The translations under genes were made by a program, and so were the position numbers. A DNA stretch of 64,000 nt. Source: Trichoplax adhaerens (Eukaryota; Animalia; Placozoa). This document shows, piece by piece, positions 45,902-59,909 of the stretch (position 1 is its first letter; every line of letters begins with the position of its first letter). A model generated the notes under the pieces. The model worked only from the letters and a program-made list of their open reading frames with translations. It did not search any database and was not told the origin of the DNA. The stretch spans positions 4,034,123 through 4,098,122 of the forward strand of contig NW_002060944.1 in the NCBI RefSeq assembly GCF_000150275.1. Reading direction: 5' to 3'.

Positions 45902-48900
45902 TTTAATAACAAAATCTTCACGACTCGATCAATCTTAATATTACAGGATTATTAAACAAGTCAAGAAGATCTAGAAGGATACGAATCAAATTGGACCTGG
46001 TTGGATATGTTAGCTAACAAATTGATGAGAACTTTATTAAACTTGTACAAAGAAATTGATTTACTATTAAGTTTAAAAATGACAATCGCATCACAAACGC
46101 CGCTTATTTCGATATATAATTCATTTGCATTAATCGAATTATCACTTGCAATCGTTTAATAAAAGCGTATACTAAAGATATATTGTTATAATATTTTGCG
46201 ATTTTAATCTATTGTATACGGTATAGTAATAAAAGATTATGAAAAATTTTGATCAAAGCATGGTGAGATGATTTAAATTTATAGTGAGCGGTACTACAGA
46301 ATAATGATATATATCATTAATTATATTGACGAGTCTGGAACATTAAAACTTTGATGAGAATAAGCTTGCTTACATTATTCTGCTATTTTTATGACAATTT
46401 AAACAAATGCAGTTTACTGCCTAAGTACAGTCGATCGGAAAATTAAATTTCGAAGAAAAAATGTCTTAAGCAAGAATCGAGCTAGAGCTATATTTAGCTT
46501 ATTCTTACTTGTGAAGCTGGTTAGTAACACATAAAAGTTATTTTACGGGTCGCATCTTAATTATATAGGCGTTACTATACTAATAAATCAGATAATGCAT
46601 AAAGACGAAACAGCTATGTTAACATTAGAAACAGAATACATAAAACTTTCTGCTATGATTATAATAAAGCCACTAAAAGCAAAATTTGAGATTTTTTCCT
46701 CAGACTATCGTATATCATAAGAAAAGTGGAATACTAGATCTTAGATGGTTTCACCCACTACGACTTAATAGCAACTTCGTTATAGCACTAGAGTCTGTTA
46801 AAGTATAATATAATTGTCACTTTATCTTAAATTTCTAGTGATCAAGGCCTCATCTCGATTAGACTATCTATCTATAATGCCTTAAGGAAATTTTCAATTA
46901 TATGTATACGTACATCAAACAAATAACAATAAACATCTCAATCATAGTAAATTAATTTTCAATTAATTGTTAACAGACATAATACGAAAGTTAATCTCAT
47001 CATTTTGCTAAAATAACTTCAGTCATTATTTATATCCAAATGCTATTTCCATGGCGGATTTAATTTTCCTATCATTACAGATCACGATCGAAATTGTTAC
47101 TTGAAGACAGAATTCAGACCTATCAATCATTATTACAGACTTTTATTCTCCAAAAGATTTATTAGTCGATCCACCAATTAGCGTAGTTAAGCGGTATATA
47201 AATGTTTGATATAGTATTATTTCATCTAATTAGTTATAGATATTATTCTCGACAAAAGTTAATAAAGCATTTGATCGTAGCCAATAGTACAGAGTATTTA
47301 AATCGATCAACTCTTTCTTTTATTTTAATTCTGTAAAGTACTTTCTGTGTGCTATTAATAACCAGCTTGATATCTATTCAAATCGATTGCAAAAAGTCAT
47401 TTTCTAAATGTGAGTTAGTCAATCTAACCATGTACCAGTTTACCTACTGTAACATTTTCTATACTATCGAAAAGAAATAATTGCCTATATGCATCTAGCG
47501 AGTTAAAGATAATTTACTATAAAAATGGTATCAATTCCATACACTCTGCTACATAAAATCTTTCCTTCTATAATTTTCCATCATGATCGATTTTTTTAAG
47601 CAGGCACAAGCTTAGTTTTTATTTTAGTTCATAAGTATAGTCAGTAATCCTGAAGTCAAATCGCCCTTTCCATTCCTGCTAGCAAACCGAAACGACTTAG
47701 GTAGTTTATCATATTATCTCCAGTTATAAATCGAAATTTGTAAAGACAAAGAATTAAACTACTACAGAAAACTAAAGCTATGAGTCTACCGTCAGGGTTG
47801 TCCTTTTTGGCATTTATCCAAAATACAACTCTAAATACAGATGATTTTCTACACCAAGAGGAACAGTAGCACCATTAGTCTCTATTTTAGATGCAATTTA
47901 ATCCAAACTTCAAATGAAAAAGTCAGTCAATTTATAATGAATCGACATAAATATTAGTTATCAATAATTAGATAGTATTATAAAACTATGCATTTATCTA
48001 TGAAAGAATTTATAACGTCATAGATTACGGTATTTCAACAAGTATCAAGTATGTTATCTGATGAAATAAGATAAGTATTAGTTCGTGAAAGTCACTTTGT
48101 AACATTCAGACTATTTAATCATCATATTTATTTAGATGCATCACTTTTAGCTGATAAAATTGATCTAAGAGTGCAGCAGAGGTTACATTACTTTGCTTTA
48201 CTTTTTGATCTATAACAGACTCCTAGTTTTATGTACATATTAGTAGATAGATTGCTTTTACTTTACAAGGCAATTAGATTGCGTTATTTTAAAAACAAGC
48301 TGCAACTGTTGCATTAATATTTGCGCTTTGTAGCATCAATTTATTTAGAGAGAAATTTTAAAACCAATACTTTACGCACTACATCAGTTCTTAATTATCG
48401 ATTACTCAATTTTTACTGTAAATTGTTTGTAACTACTTATTTTACACATGCCTAACTATCGCTCAAGAAGATCACATTTATTATGTTCATAGCTTTCTTT
48501 AGGAATAATTTATGGAAAATATAAGTTTTAAGTTACATGTTTAATTTTATTTAACCTGAACTTTAAACAATATCGTATTTCTTCTTTCGTTCACAGTAAA
48601 TCAATCATTTCTTGTTTGATTAGTAGTATCAGAAATTGCCTGAAAGCGTAACTTCTATCTGCCCGAAATATGCTACATAGCAACCAGGTTTAAAATATCA
48701 TTATTTCTAGTGGCATTTCATTTTATTTTTATTCTAAGTAGGGTATTTACTGTAATTTATTGCAAGATCAATAATTTCTATTTCGACAATTAGTATCAAC
48801 ATGTCATACGGTACCTTACTTCAGTCTACTCAAAAAATCTTAGGCTACTTAAATTTTATGTAAGAATACATTTATATACAAGTATGATTGATATATACAA

Positions 48901-50283
48901 CAGATGAATCATACCGAAACTTACTCCAAAAGAAATTTGAATAGTTCCCGATGATACGGTATAACTCAAGGTAATCGTTAAGCATATCGTAGCCAAGGCA
49001 TTATCTACTTCGTATATGGAAAGCATATAATGAAAATAGTAAAATTTCTAGCTTATGGTCGATAAAGTAAAGATCTTGAAATTAACAGTAAATCATGTAA
49101 TGTATATCTAAAGTTATTAAATTCATGTAAAGAATGATCAATAGTCTAAAATGCCATGATATGCAAAGGGTAGAATGGAGAATGCACTGTATAGGCGTAT
49201 GCTCAATATTTACTGTGATAGCGTATTATTTTACTTATTGTAAATCTGAGATCACTGTTAGCAAAAAGTATAGTATATAAGATCAAAGTAGTAACATAAC
49301 TGCGATTAGGCTGACTAAAAAGATCGAAAATAACATCCAAGTTATCTCTTCTATAGTCATTATCATGCCTGCTTGCTTCGAACTAAATTAAATCATTTTT
49401 ACCTGCCTATCTTGCCATGTACATATATATTTGTAAAATTTATTTCCTTATAATGCACTATATCTTAAATAGCATAATTGGCTAATAGAGATTTCTGTTG
49501 TTTCAACTAACTAGAAGAGAATAATTTAACGCTAGACATCTTTTCTAGAAATACAGTATAAGTAAATTATTAATTAGCCAGTGTATCAATTGGCTGGAGA
49601 TTTCTGGAAACAATACCTATTGCAATTCTGAATCTGAGTTATAAGCGATTTTAATTAATTAATTATCTATTGAATTCCGAGACTTGCAAACAAAGATTTA
49701 ACTTATTATTGTGTAAAAACAGGAAGTAATTCCAGGCAGAACTATAGCTATGAGCACATCGAAGTACATTAAAAGAAGATGACGCGTGTTGCTCACAACG
49801 GCATCATGCTCGTTAACAACAACTTGATTTTGATACCATTATGTTATTTACTGTCTTATACTTTTATCTCTGAAGGAAATAAATCGAACGCCATCTAAAG
49901 ATTTACAAGATTTAATAAGTAGACTTTCACTTTAAGTTTAAGATTAATAATAAAAGCAAACTTTTGATAAAATGTGAGAACAGTTTCGAGTGCAGCAGAT
50001 GACATTATTTCCTTTAATTTTCTACAATACTGATAGAGCTTTTACAGTTAAAAGTATGCCAAAAACTTAGCGTTATCGTGTATTTTATAGTAACCGAGAT
50101 TGAATGATTTTAAGTATAAATGCGGTACGGTATGTTCAAGAACACGACAGAGGATTTGTAATGTTATACAATGAATCTGTTTATAAAACAGAATTAACCA
50201 TGACTCTAATCACGAATGGAAGTAACATGTAATTTCATCTCCAGAAATAAATTTATGTGCGTTCTATTAAAATATAATTAGCA

Positions 50284-51234
50284 CTACTTTTTAAAATTAG
50301 TTAATGCATTTCTATTACAATCACATCTATAAATTTTATAAATGGCTTGCTTATATTCAGCACGAAAACTTTTATTTCGATATCCATATAAGTATTGATT
50401 AACAACAGAATTACAGGATACCAATACCGAAGACGTAAAGTAGATACCATCAGGTATTATCACTTTAGTAACTGGTTCAATGATAAATGCTAACAGACTC
50501 CATGACGAATAACAGATTAGAAATGTGATAAATACAATAAGCATGGGGTCGAAGTAACGTTAGACTTATCCATAGCTATTGGTAATTGAAAAGAATAATG
50601 AATTAGCCTTTTTCTTTTCCTTTTAAGAAAGAGAAAAATAAAAAAATAGCAATAAATAATAGTAAGTAAAGGTATGGCATAATGGATAGCGGTAGAATAG
50701 ATACCTCTAGCTATTCCATTTATAGCAGTCCTATCCCAACTAAGAAGACAAGCTTTCTCACCCTTTACATAAACGCTGTTACCCCATCCTAGGAACGATA
50801 CAGGTGCTGTCAAAGAATATGTTGCCCAAATAATAGCGATGCAATAGTATGCATGTCTAGGTTGCAATTTTTTAGATTTTACAACGACAAGATAATGTCC
50901 TATAGCTATTCACATTAAATTATGAATAAAACCAACAAAAAATACACCTCCAAAGTAGGAATGAATTTTGCAACCAACTTCATTATAATACTACCTATCG
51001 GCTATGGTATTAAGTACATAAAGAGGGGATGTGGACTAGTCCATTTATAATGCCAAAAATAGATAAATTCATAATGAGATAATTTGTTATAGTTCGAGTT
51101 GAATGATATTGAGAAATAACAAGAATGTTCAAGGTATTTCCAATAACTGCAGCAACAACGATAATAATGGAAATAAAAGACTTGAGAGCAATCATTCCCG
51201 ACGATGTGCAAGTCACATTGGTTATATTATCCAT
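50284..51234 (-). pseudogene. GPCR copy 4, pseudogene
   Basis: Split over ORFs 51010-51249, 50517-50867 and 50284-50544 in different frames. NPxxY is altered to NQYLY. Confidence 0.9.
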
Positions 51235-53913
51235 TTTCGATAATGACAAAATCTTTACAACTCGATGAATGTTGATTGTGAAGGATCATAAAAGAAATGG
51301 GAAAAAATCTGAAAAGAATACGAATCAGTTTTATCATGTTAGCTACCTAGCGTAGAATTAACAATTCTATTAGAATACTTAAAGAATAATATTTACAATT
51401 AGATTTAAAGGCGACAAAATAACATCAACAGTCTCGACTTTGATTTGCAATCGATTGATGTTTGTCGAATTAATTACTCACAATGTATACTATAAGCGTA
51501 TAATTCAGTTAAAGTACTTTTTGTGATTTTGATCTATCGTAGATTGCATTAAATAATAATCGACATATACGCGTATATTATTACTATAATACTGTAGTAA
51601 AGGATGTTTAAGATATATTTTGATCAACAACATGATTGGATGATTTTAATCTACCTATAAATTATAATGCTGAGCGACGCTAATTGTTAGTAAGTTTTTA
51701 CTTATAACTTGGTAGCAAAGATATTCCAGCACTAGGATCACTTAAAGTATAATCGATACTTGATCTTAAATTTTTAATGATCAATGCTTATTGCGATTAA
51801 ATCCTATATATATTATCTATACGGAAATTTCGAATCACCTATTAAGGGAATTAAAGCCAAAGAAAAATATTAACTACTGGACTGATCATCCATATCATCG
51901 AATTTACATTCCTACATTCGAATTATATATATATAGAGCATCTAAATCATGTCTAGTAATACCTTAAACAAGGAAATTGGAATAACCTAAGATTGAAGAA
52001 CGATGAATACTACCCGGATACTTACAGTATCTCTCAAATAGTATAATATCAGTGAAAAAATTGATGAAACAAACGTTAATTCGAACCGATTCTCTTTCAA
52101 TAGGAATAAAAATAATGATAAAGTTTACGAAGGAAAATTAATCAAGAACAATCAGTATTTCATCAAATTAATCATTACTTAGATGAAGGCTAACATTGAA
52201 CGTTAACTTAATTATATAAAATATCAAAATCAATTCGGTTATTGCAGTAGTCATTCGATCTTGATTTTAGTACATTGTCTATTCAATTAATTATTAATGA
52301 CTATAGTAAAAGAGCTATTCTCATACTTTTTATACAATAAGAGCGTCAGTATTCATATCCTATAACGATACTAACAGTAGATTTGCTTTTCATTCCACTG
52401 TAAATAATGATAGCTACACTATTGCAGTTGATGTAGTGCTCAGATGTATTGTTATATAATTATTATGGACTTTAGTTCTTCAATAATTTGTAAGTTTGTC
52501 TACTAATTAACATAGTTACACGGTAGATAGAGATCGGATATTATATTATTTTAGCCTAATTAGCTATAGATACGACACTAAAGTATTTGATCGTAGTCAG
52601 TAGGACAAAATAATTTAAAAAATAGTTTTATGAATGATCGTTTTAGCATCTATTCTGTTCTATTGGATTACGAGTAGTTATTTCTGAATATAAAAGGTCA
52701 ATCTAAACATATGTCCATTTACCTACTTTAACTTTATCTTATTGTGAAAAAGAAATTGCAGCCTACTGTAGATACGTAGAGCTAGTTAGTGGCAATTTAC
52801 TTTAGAAGTGATACTCTTTCTACATGCCCTGCTAAGCAAAATTTAGTCTCATTAACTTTAAATCATAATCTAACTTTTTAAGCTGATGCTATCTTTATTT
52901 TTATTTTGGCTCATAAGTGCAGTTACTAATCTTGAAATTAAGTTGTACTCTCAAGTTTCAGCTACTATTAGCTAATACGAGCGACCTTTCGAATTCGTCA
53001 GATTATCTATATATCGTATTGTGTTTTTAATACGATAGCTGATCGAGAGAAATTTCTCTCACTTCGATTAACTAGTATAGGATAATTAAATGATAGACAT
53101 CTGCTACTAAAGTCTAGTATTAATAGACAAATAGTTAGCCAACGCATTAAACGGTAGAGATTTTCTGGAGATGCAGTCTATGATAATTTTCAATATATTT
53201 AACAAGCAATTTTGATTAATTAATGGAACTAATTCCAATACTTGTCAGTTAAGGTCTAGATCACTGTTATATAAAAACAGGAAATAATTTCTAGGAAAAC
53301 TATGGCTACGACCACATCCCAAAGTGTGTTAAAAGAAAATGAGCGCTAATTGTTAATGACAATATCTTCATCATTTGCATCAGTTTTAACTATAATATTA
53401 TTACATTATTAACAGTCTATTATCATCTATCTCCGAATGAAATAGACTCTATGCTATTTAAAAATTTTAAAAACCGAATAGCTATGCTTTAACTTTGACT
53501 TTACGATTAATCAATAATAAAAGCAAAGCTAAGCAATTTTTGATAAAATGTGAGAATATCTTTACCCATATATCACGTTATTAAATTTTCTTTGATCTTC
53601 TACAAGTATGATATATATATATTAAATATGTAAATAGCAAACTCTTAATAAATAGAATTTCACATTAAGAAGTATACCGAAAATTAGCTTTATAACATGT
53701 TCTGTAGTCAGCGATACTGAATATCTTCACGTGTAAATGTGATTAAGAGCACGACACAAGATTTGTGTTATACAATTAATCTATTTACAGTTGAGAGTAG
53801 ACCATAACTCTAACCACTCATAACAGTAATAGGTAATTGCATATCCAGAGATAGTTTTACACGCGTTCTATTACAACATGATTAACGCTATTTTTTAAAG
53901 TACTTAATCTATT

Positions 53914-54833
53914 TCAATAACAACCACATCTACAGATTTTATCAATAGCCTGCTTATATCCTGCACGAAAGTTCTTATTTCGATATCCATATAAGAATAG
54001 GCTTATGATATAGTTACAGAACACTAACATTGAAGATGTAAAGTAGACTCCATCAGGTACTCTCACTTTAGCTACTGGTATAATGATAAATACTAGTAGA
54101 CTCCACGACAAATAACACATTAGAAATGTAATAAATACAATAAACATTGTCAAAGTGACTTTAGACTTATTCATAGCAGTTGGTGATTGAAAGGAATACC
54201 GAATCATTCGTTGTTGTTTCTTTTCCAGAAAGATAAATATAAATGAATAACAGTAAATTATAGTAAGTAAAGGCGTAGCATAATGGAAAATAGCAGAATA
54301 GATGCCTCTAGCTATTCCAATTATGCCAGTCTTATCCAGCTAGGAATACAACCTTTTTCAATCTCTACATAAACAAATTTACCCCATCCTAGAAACGATA
54401 TAGCCGGTGTCAAAGTACATGTTGCCCAAATAATACCAATAAAATAGTATGCATGTCTTGGTTTCAACTTTTTAGATTTTACAACGACAAGATAGCGTAC
54501 TACAGCTATCCACATTAAATTATGAATAGTACCAATAAAAATTATACCTCCAAGATAAGCATGAAAGGCGCAACCAACTTGATCATAATACTGCCTATCG
54601 GCTATAATATTAACTATATAGAGAGGTAAACAGACTAGACCATTTATAATGCCGAAAATAGATAAATTCATTACTAGATAGTTTGTTACAGTTTGAGTAG
54701 AATTATATTGAAAAATGACTATAACAACCAAGGTATTACCAATAACAGCAGCAATAGCAGCAATAGTAAAAATAATAGATTTGATAGCAATAATTTCTAA
54801 CGGGGTATGAGTTACATTGGTTGTATTATCCAT
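53914..54833 (-). pseudogene. GPCR copy 5, one frameshift near 54335
   Basis: ORF 54321-54833 leaves frame after CIPSW (TGGATAAG, where paralogues have TGGGAT). The rest is open in the shifted frame to 53914. TM2 Asp and NPxxY are also altered (LSIFG, SLFLY). Confidence 0.85.
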
Positions 54834-56164
54834 TTCAATAACGAGAAATCTTCACGACTCGATCGAAGCTAATGGTAAAGGATCACAGAAGAAATTAGAA
54901 AAAATCCAGAAAGGATACGGATCAGTTTTATTATGTTAGCTTTATGGTATATCACAATTCTCTTTGATAGATAAAAAAATTTCCACTATTAGGTTTAAAG
55001 TGATAAACATAAATACTCTTGACTTTGATATACAATTTATTTAAATTACGATAATTGAAATAATTACTCACAAATGTACAGTGTAAGTGCATACCTACGT
55101 TGAAAGTACTATAACATATAGTTAATACATAAGTTAATACCATGAAGGTAAAAGATATTAAAAGGTTTATTCTTATTTATCGAGCATGTCATTGGATAAT
55201 GTGAGCCCACTATAAACTGTAACGTAAAATGATGACACGTAACATTAATTACATTAACAAGTTGTTGTCACAATTTCACTTCTGCGACAAGGTAACGTAC
55301 AGTAAAAGTCTATAAGTAGCTACTGACTTAAACGCCCTTTTACTTAACGTTAAGCACACACAGCAAAAGACTGTAAAGATGAAACTTTTAATAGCAAAAA
55401 TACATCTACAACTTTTTTTACCATACTATCAACTCAAATGTTCCCGTTTATATAGAAACCATCTAATTTGTAAACAACAACAGTATTATTATTATACCTT
55501 ACTAGGAGAAACATCTCGAACTGAGATGCTCCTTACATAGCTTTTCTATCAGTAAATATTTTGAACCTCTTACTCATACTTAATCTTAATCTAAGCTCGT
55601 AGGCTGTCTAATTCAACTATCATCAACTAGAACTTGAATCATCCTACTGTTATCTATCAGGCAATAACAATCAATATCAAATATGTAATGAACTATTACA
55701 AACAACATCCACGTTAAGGCATTACTTATCTTTCCTAGCACTACAAATATGGATATTCTCCATAATAGCTACTACTGTGTAATGAAATGAAAAGTGTAGA
55801 GATCAAGCTACGAAACTTTAACAAACTTTGATTCTACTTTCGTGGCACTCCGGTCGACTTAACGCTAATACTTTGACACCGAGTAAAATTTGGGGAAATA
55901 ACCGAACAACAATTTATTTCAAAACAAAAATGGAGAGAAGTATAAACCGAACAACCGCACAAATACTTAGCTTTAAGTATTATTAAAATAAATGACAGAC
56001 TTAAAAACTGTCAACGACCAAACAACCTTTCAAAAAGAAGAACGTTTTAACTTACGACAAATCGACCCCCGAATGCCTTTTAAATTCAACAAGTTCTTCA
56101 AATAAAATCTTCTTCTACTCTCCCTCTAAATTTTCTAATTGCACTATCATTTATAGGCTTCGTA

Positions 56165-56411
56165 NNNNNNNNNNNNNNNNNNNNNNNNNNNNNNNNNNNN
56201 NNNNNNNNNNNNNNNNNNNNNNNNNNNNNNNNNNNNNNNNNNNNNNNNNNNNNNNNNNNNNNNNNNNNNNNNNNNNNNNNNNNNNNNNNNNNNNNNNNNN
56301 NNNNNNNNNNNNNNNNNNNNNNNNNNNNNNNNNNNNNNNNNNNNNNNNNNNNNNNNNNNNNNNNNNNNNNNNNNNNNNNNNNNNNNNNNNNNNNNNNNNN
56401 NNNNNNNNNNN
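56165..56411. other. Assembly gap (N run)
   Basis: Run of N characters. Confidence 1.
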
Positions 56412-56439
56412 TTAAAATAACTATTGCAAATAATCACAT

Positions 56440-56765
56440 TGGCACCTATTCTAATAAATTGCAAATAATCATTCCTAAATACAAAATAGGACTAAATTAA
56501 ATGCTTTCTTGCTTAACGCGTCATTCAAAACTGGAAAATTTTACTCTTAATAATATGCCATATCCTCAACATGATAGTTGATCTATAGAGGTTTCTCTTA
56601 CTTTGACAGTGATGAGCGATAAATACCGCTTAACTTATTTCTCCAATAATTACCATTATTCTATGCTTTTAGGACTAAATTAAATGTTTTTGCCTAACAT
56701 GTCCCTCAAAGCTGGACAATTGAGCTCTTGATAATGTCCTATATCCTCATGTCACGGAGTGATGT
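56440..56765. repeat. Diverged direct repeat, ~182-bp period x2
   Basis: TAGGACTAAATTAAATG...CAAA(A/G)CTGGA...CTCTT.ATAAT....ATATCCTCA at ~56487 and ~56670. Confidence 0.75.
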
Positions 56766-57669
56766 CCGTGAAGCTATATTGATTTGTTAATAATTAAATA
56801 ATTGTTTACCAGCATTAATTAGTTATCTCTACGAAAGAGGTATACTTATTCTAGTAGAATTGTATCGTTCGCAGTGTTACTCAAACAGTAAAAAAGAGGA
56901 AAACCGCGATACCTCAATATGATAATTCCGTCATGCGATTTTCATGAATTCACTTTGTGAATTCCTACACTTGTCAGCTAATATCTAGTTGTTGTTTACA
57001 AAAATAGGAAATAATTTCTTGTAAAAGTATAACGATCAGCATATCCAAGTATATTGACGTAAGAGAAGTGTAAATTGTTCGCAACAGCATCCTGATCATA
57101 AACAGCAATTTTGATTTCAATACTACTACAGTACATTATTACACTCTTATCATTCCTATCTCTAAAGAAAATAGATTGTATGCCATTTAAAGCTTTATAA
57201 GATTCAATAGCTCTACTTTAGCTTCGAAATCACAACTAATACGGTAATAATAGCAAAGGTAAGAAATCTTGATAAAATTTGAGATCAAGTACCTTCCAAT
57301 GCGAATGAAATTATTTTATCTCCACCGATCTTCTCAAAGGATGATACGTATATCATATATATATATGATATACAACCTATGTTATACATATAATAAGAAG
57401 CTCTAGTTTACAGAGGTTTTACTAATAAACGTATACCGAAAACTTAGCCTTATAGCGCTTACAATAATAAACGAGATAGAATATCCTCAGGTGTATAATT
57501 ACGATCATGTACAAGACAAAAAATTTGTCTTAATATTATACAATTAGAATCTTCATGATACAGAATTAGCTATAGCTCGAACCAGTGATCAGGATAACAG
57601 GTAATTTCATCACCAGATATAGCTTACACTTGTTCTATTGCAATAATGTTTGTTGGACTCTTAAAGTTC

Positions 57670-59156
57670 CTAAATACATTTATATTGCAACCGCATGTAC
57701 AAAATTTTATGAATAGCTTGTTTATATCCTGTACGAAAATTCTCACTTCGACATCCATATAAGAAAGGATTTATAACAGAATTACAGAACAGCAATACTA
57801 TAGATGTAAAGTAGATGCTATCAGGCACGATCACTTTAGCTACTGGTATAATAATAAATACTAATAGACACCATGACGAATAACACATTAGAAATGCAAT
57901 AAATACGATAAAGATGGTCGAATTTACGTTAGACTTATTCATAGCAGTTAGTGAGTGATAAGTATTGCGAATCATCCGTTGTCGTTTCCTTCTAAGGAAG
58001 CAAAAAATAAATAAATAGCAATAAATTATAGTATTAAAAAATATAACATAATTGATAGTAGCAGAATAGATGCCCCTAGTTATTCCACTTATGCCATCTC
58101 TATCCCAACTAGGAAGACAAGCTTTCTCAATCTCTACATAAACACTCTTACTCCATCCTAGAAGCGATACAGCTGGTCCTAAGACACGTGCTGTAAATAA
58201 TACCAATGCAATAGTATGCATGTCTGGATTGCAATTTTTTAGACTTGACAACGATAAGGTAGCTGTAATGTAACTAGTATTGTGATTGTAGACTATTAGC
58301 CATGTTTAGTATAATGTACGGTAGATATTTATCCTAAGAGATATTTGGTAGCTATACCTATAGACTGTAGTGGCATAGACTCTATGCTAGAGTACAGATG
58401 ACTATATACAGTAAGGTGTTGAGTTACTAATAAGGTTATAGGTAAAAATAGAACTGTAAATCATATATTAGGATATGGTTAATTCATTGTACTTTGGCTG
58501 GTGTGAATAATGTCTACGTAAGTACTGTAGTCGTATCGATATTAGATTAATGATGGTCCGTAGTAGAATAGTCTTACTAAGAATAATTTAACTATGTGTA
58601 ATATAAGGTAAAAGGTTACCATGCGGATTGTAGCTGCGAATGCTACGAAAAGTATAAAAGCATGCAACTTTAGATTATTCTGTTAGTTCATTCTAGAAGT
58701 CTTTAGTAGTAGTATTCGGCTAGAGTGGAGCTGTGTGTAGTTAATCTTTGTATAAGATTCAATAAAGCCCTTATTTTTCTAAAATTTGGAATCTCGTGAT
58801 TGGTATATATCACAGTAGCGCACTATAGCTATCCGCATTAAATTATGAATAGAGCCTACAAATAATACACCTCCAATATACGAATGAATAGAACAACCAA
58901 TATCATCATAATACTGCCTATCGGCTATGATATTCAATATATAGGGAGGTAAGTTGACTAGTTCGTTCATGATGTCAAAAACAGCTAAATTGATAATTAG
59001 ATAATTTGTTATAGTTTGAGTTGAACGATTTTGAGAAATAACGATAATGACTAAGACATTGCCAATAACAGCGGCAATAGCGATAACAATAAAAGTAGCA
59101 GACTTGATAGCAACAATTTCCAATGGTGTACGACTCGCATTGGTTATATTATCCAT
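57670..59156 (-). pseudogene. GPCR copy 6, pseudogene interrupted by a solo LTR, plus a frameshift in TM4
   Basis: 5' part MDNITN...IAIVRY (59156-58815) and 3' part LIVVKSKKLQSRHAYYC... (from 58258) rejoin exactly when the insert and one GTAGC are removed. A separate frameshift lies near 58185. Confidence 0.92.
58264..58814 (+). mobile_element. Solo LTR, 551 bp
   Basis: Starts TGTAATGTA and ends TATATCACA (TG...CA, imperfect inverted termini). Perfect 5-bp target-site duplication GTAGC at 58259-58263 and 58815-58819. TATAAAAG at ~58653 is followed by AATAAA at 58761. Absent from the five paralogous genes. Confidence 0.85.
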
Positions 59157-59351
59157 TTTCAATAACGAGAAAAACTTTACGATTCGATCAACCTTGAAAT
59201 GATAAAGAATTATAAAAGACATCAAAAGACTTGGAAAGGATACGAATCAATTTTATTACGTTAACGATATGTTATATAACCATTCTATTAGATCTATAGA
59301 TAGAAAGTATTGACGATTAGATTTAAAGCGGTCTCGACTTTGATATATAAC

Positions 59352-59909
59352 TGTCACCAATATGTAGGTGTATATTCGTGTGACAAAGATATACCGGAGA
59401 TATTTCTGGGTCTTTTTCTATCTCTAACTACTTATCAAGATCAGTTCTCCGTAGCAACTATAAACATTTTCCTTAAGTTTCACGACAGAAACGATATAGA
59501 CCTTCTCCTTACGCGTAAACGGTAAAATAACGAACACTCCCTATTGTAAAAAGTGACTCCCTTTTATACCTTCTATCTGTATTCATGAGCAGCTACAGAG
59601 CATATAACATGGAAATCAATACTACTGAAATAAGGGATACTGCTGTCGTTTATTCTTTAGACCAAAATTTATATCACTTTACGCTCTACTTTAAAAATAC
59701 TTCGGAAGATGCATAGAACACGAAACAGTCATGATCATAACACGATCTGACCTTTGAGCTCTGTTATAAATTAGGTATCTAACTAATTCACTTGCCCTTA
59801 CTAGAAAATGAATTAGTTTCACATTTGGTAACTCTAGTGACAAGCTACCAACTGTATAAAGATTAGTGCAACGCATTCATACTTGACCGTGGTCTTTAAT
59901 ATCGTGATA
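59352..59909 (-). mobile_element. Probable older insertion (~558 bp), possibly a second solo LTR
   Basis: Interrupts the GATATACAATTCATTT-like motif that is contiguous in paralogous upstream regions (e.g. ~37098). Ends are TGTCACCAATAT and ATATCGTGATA (imperfect inverted repeat). Minus-strand GGTATAAAAGGG at ~59559-59570. No clean target-site duplication. Confidence 0.5.

Noticed and set aside
56147-56464. 105-aa ORF
   Set aside because: Artefact spanning the N gap.
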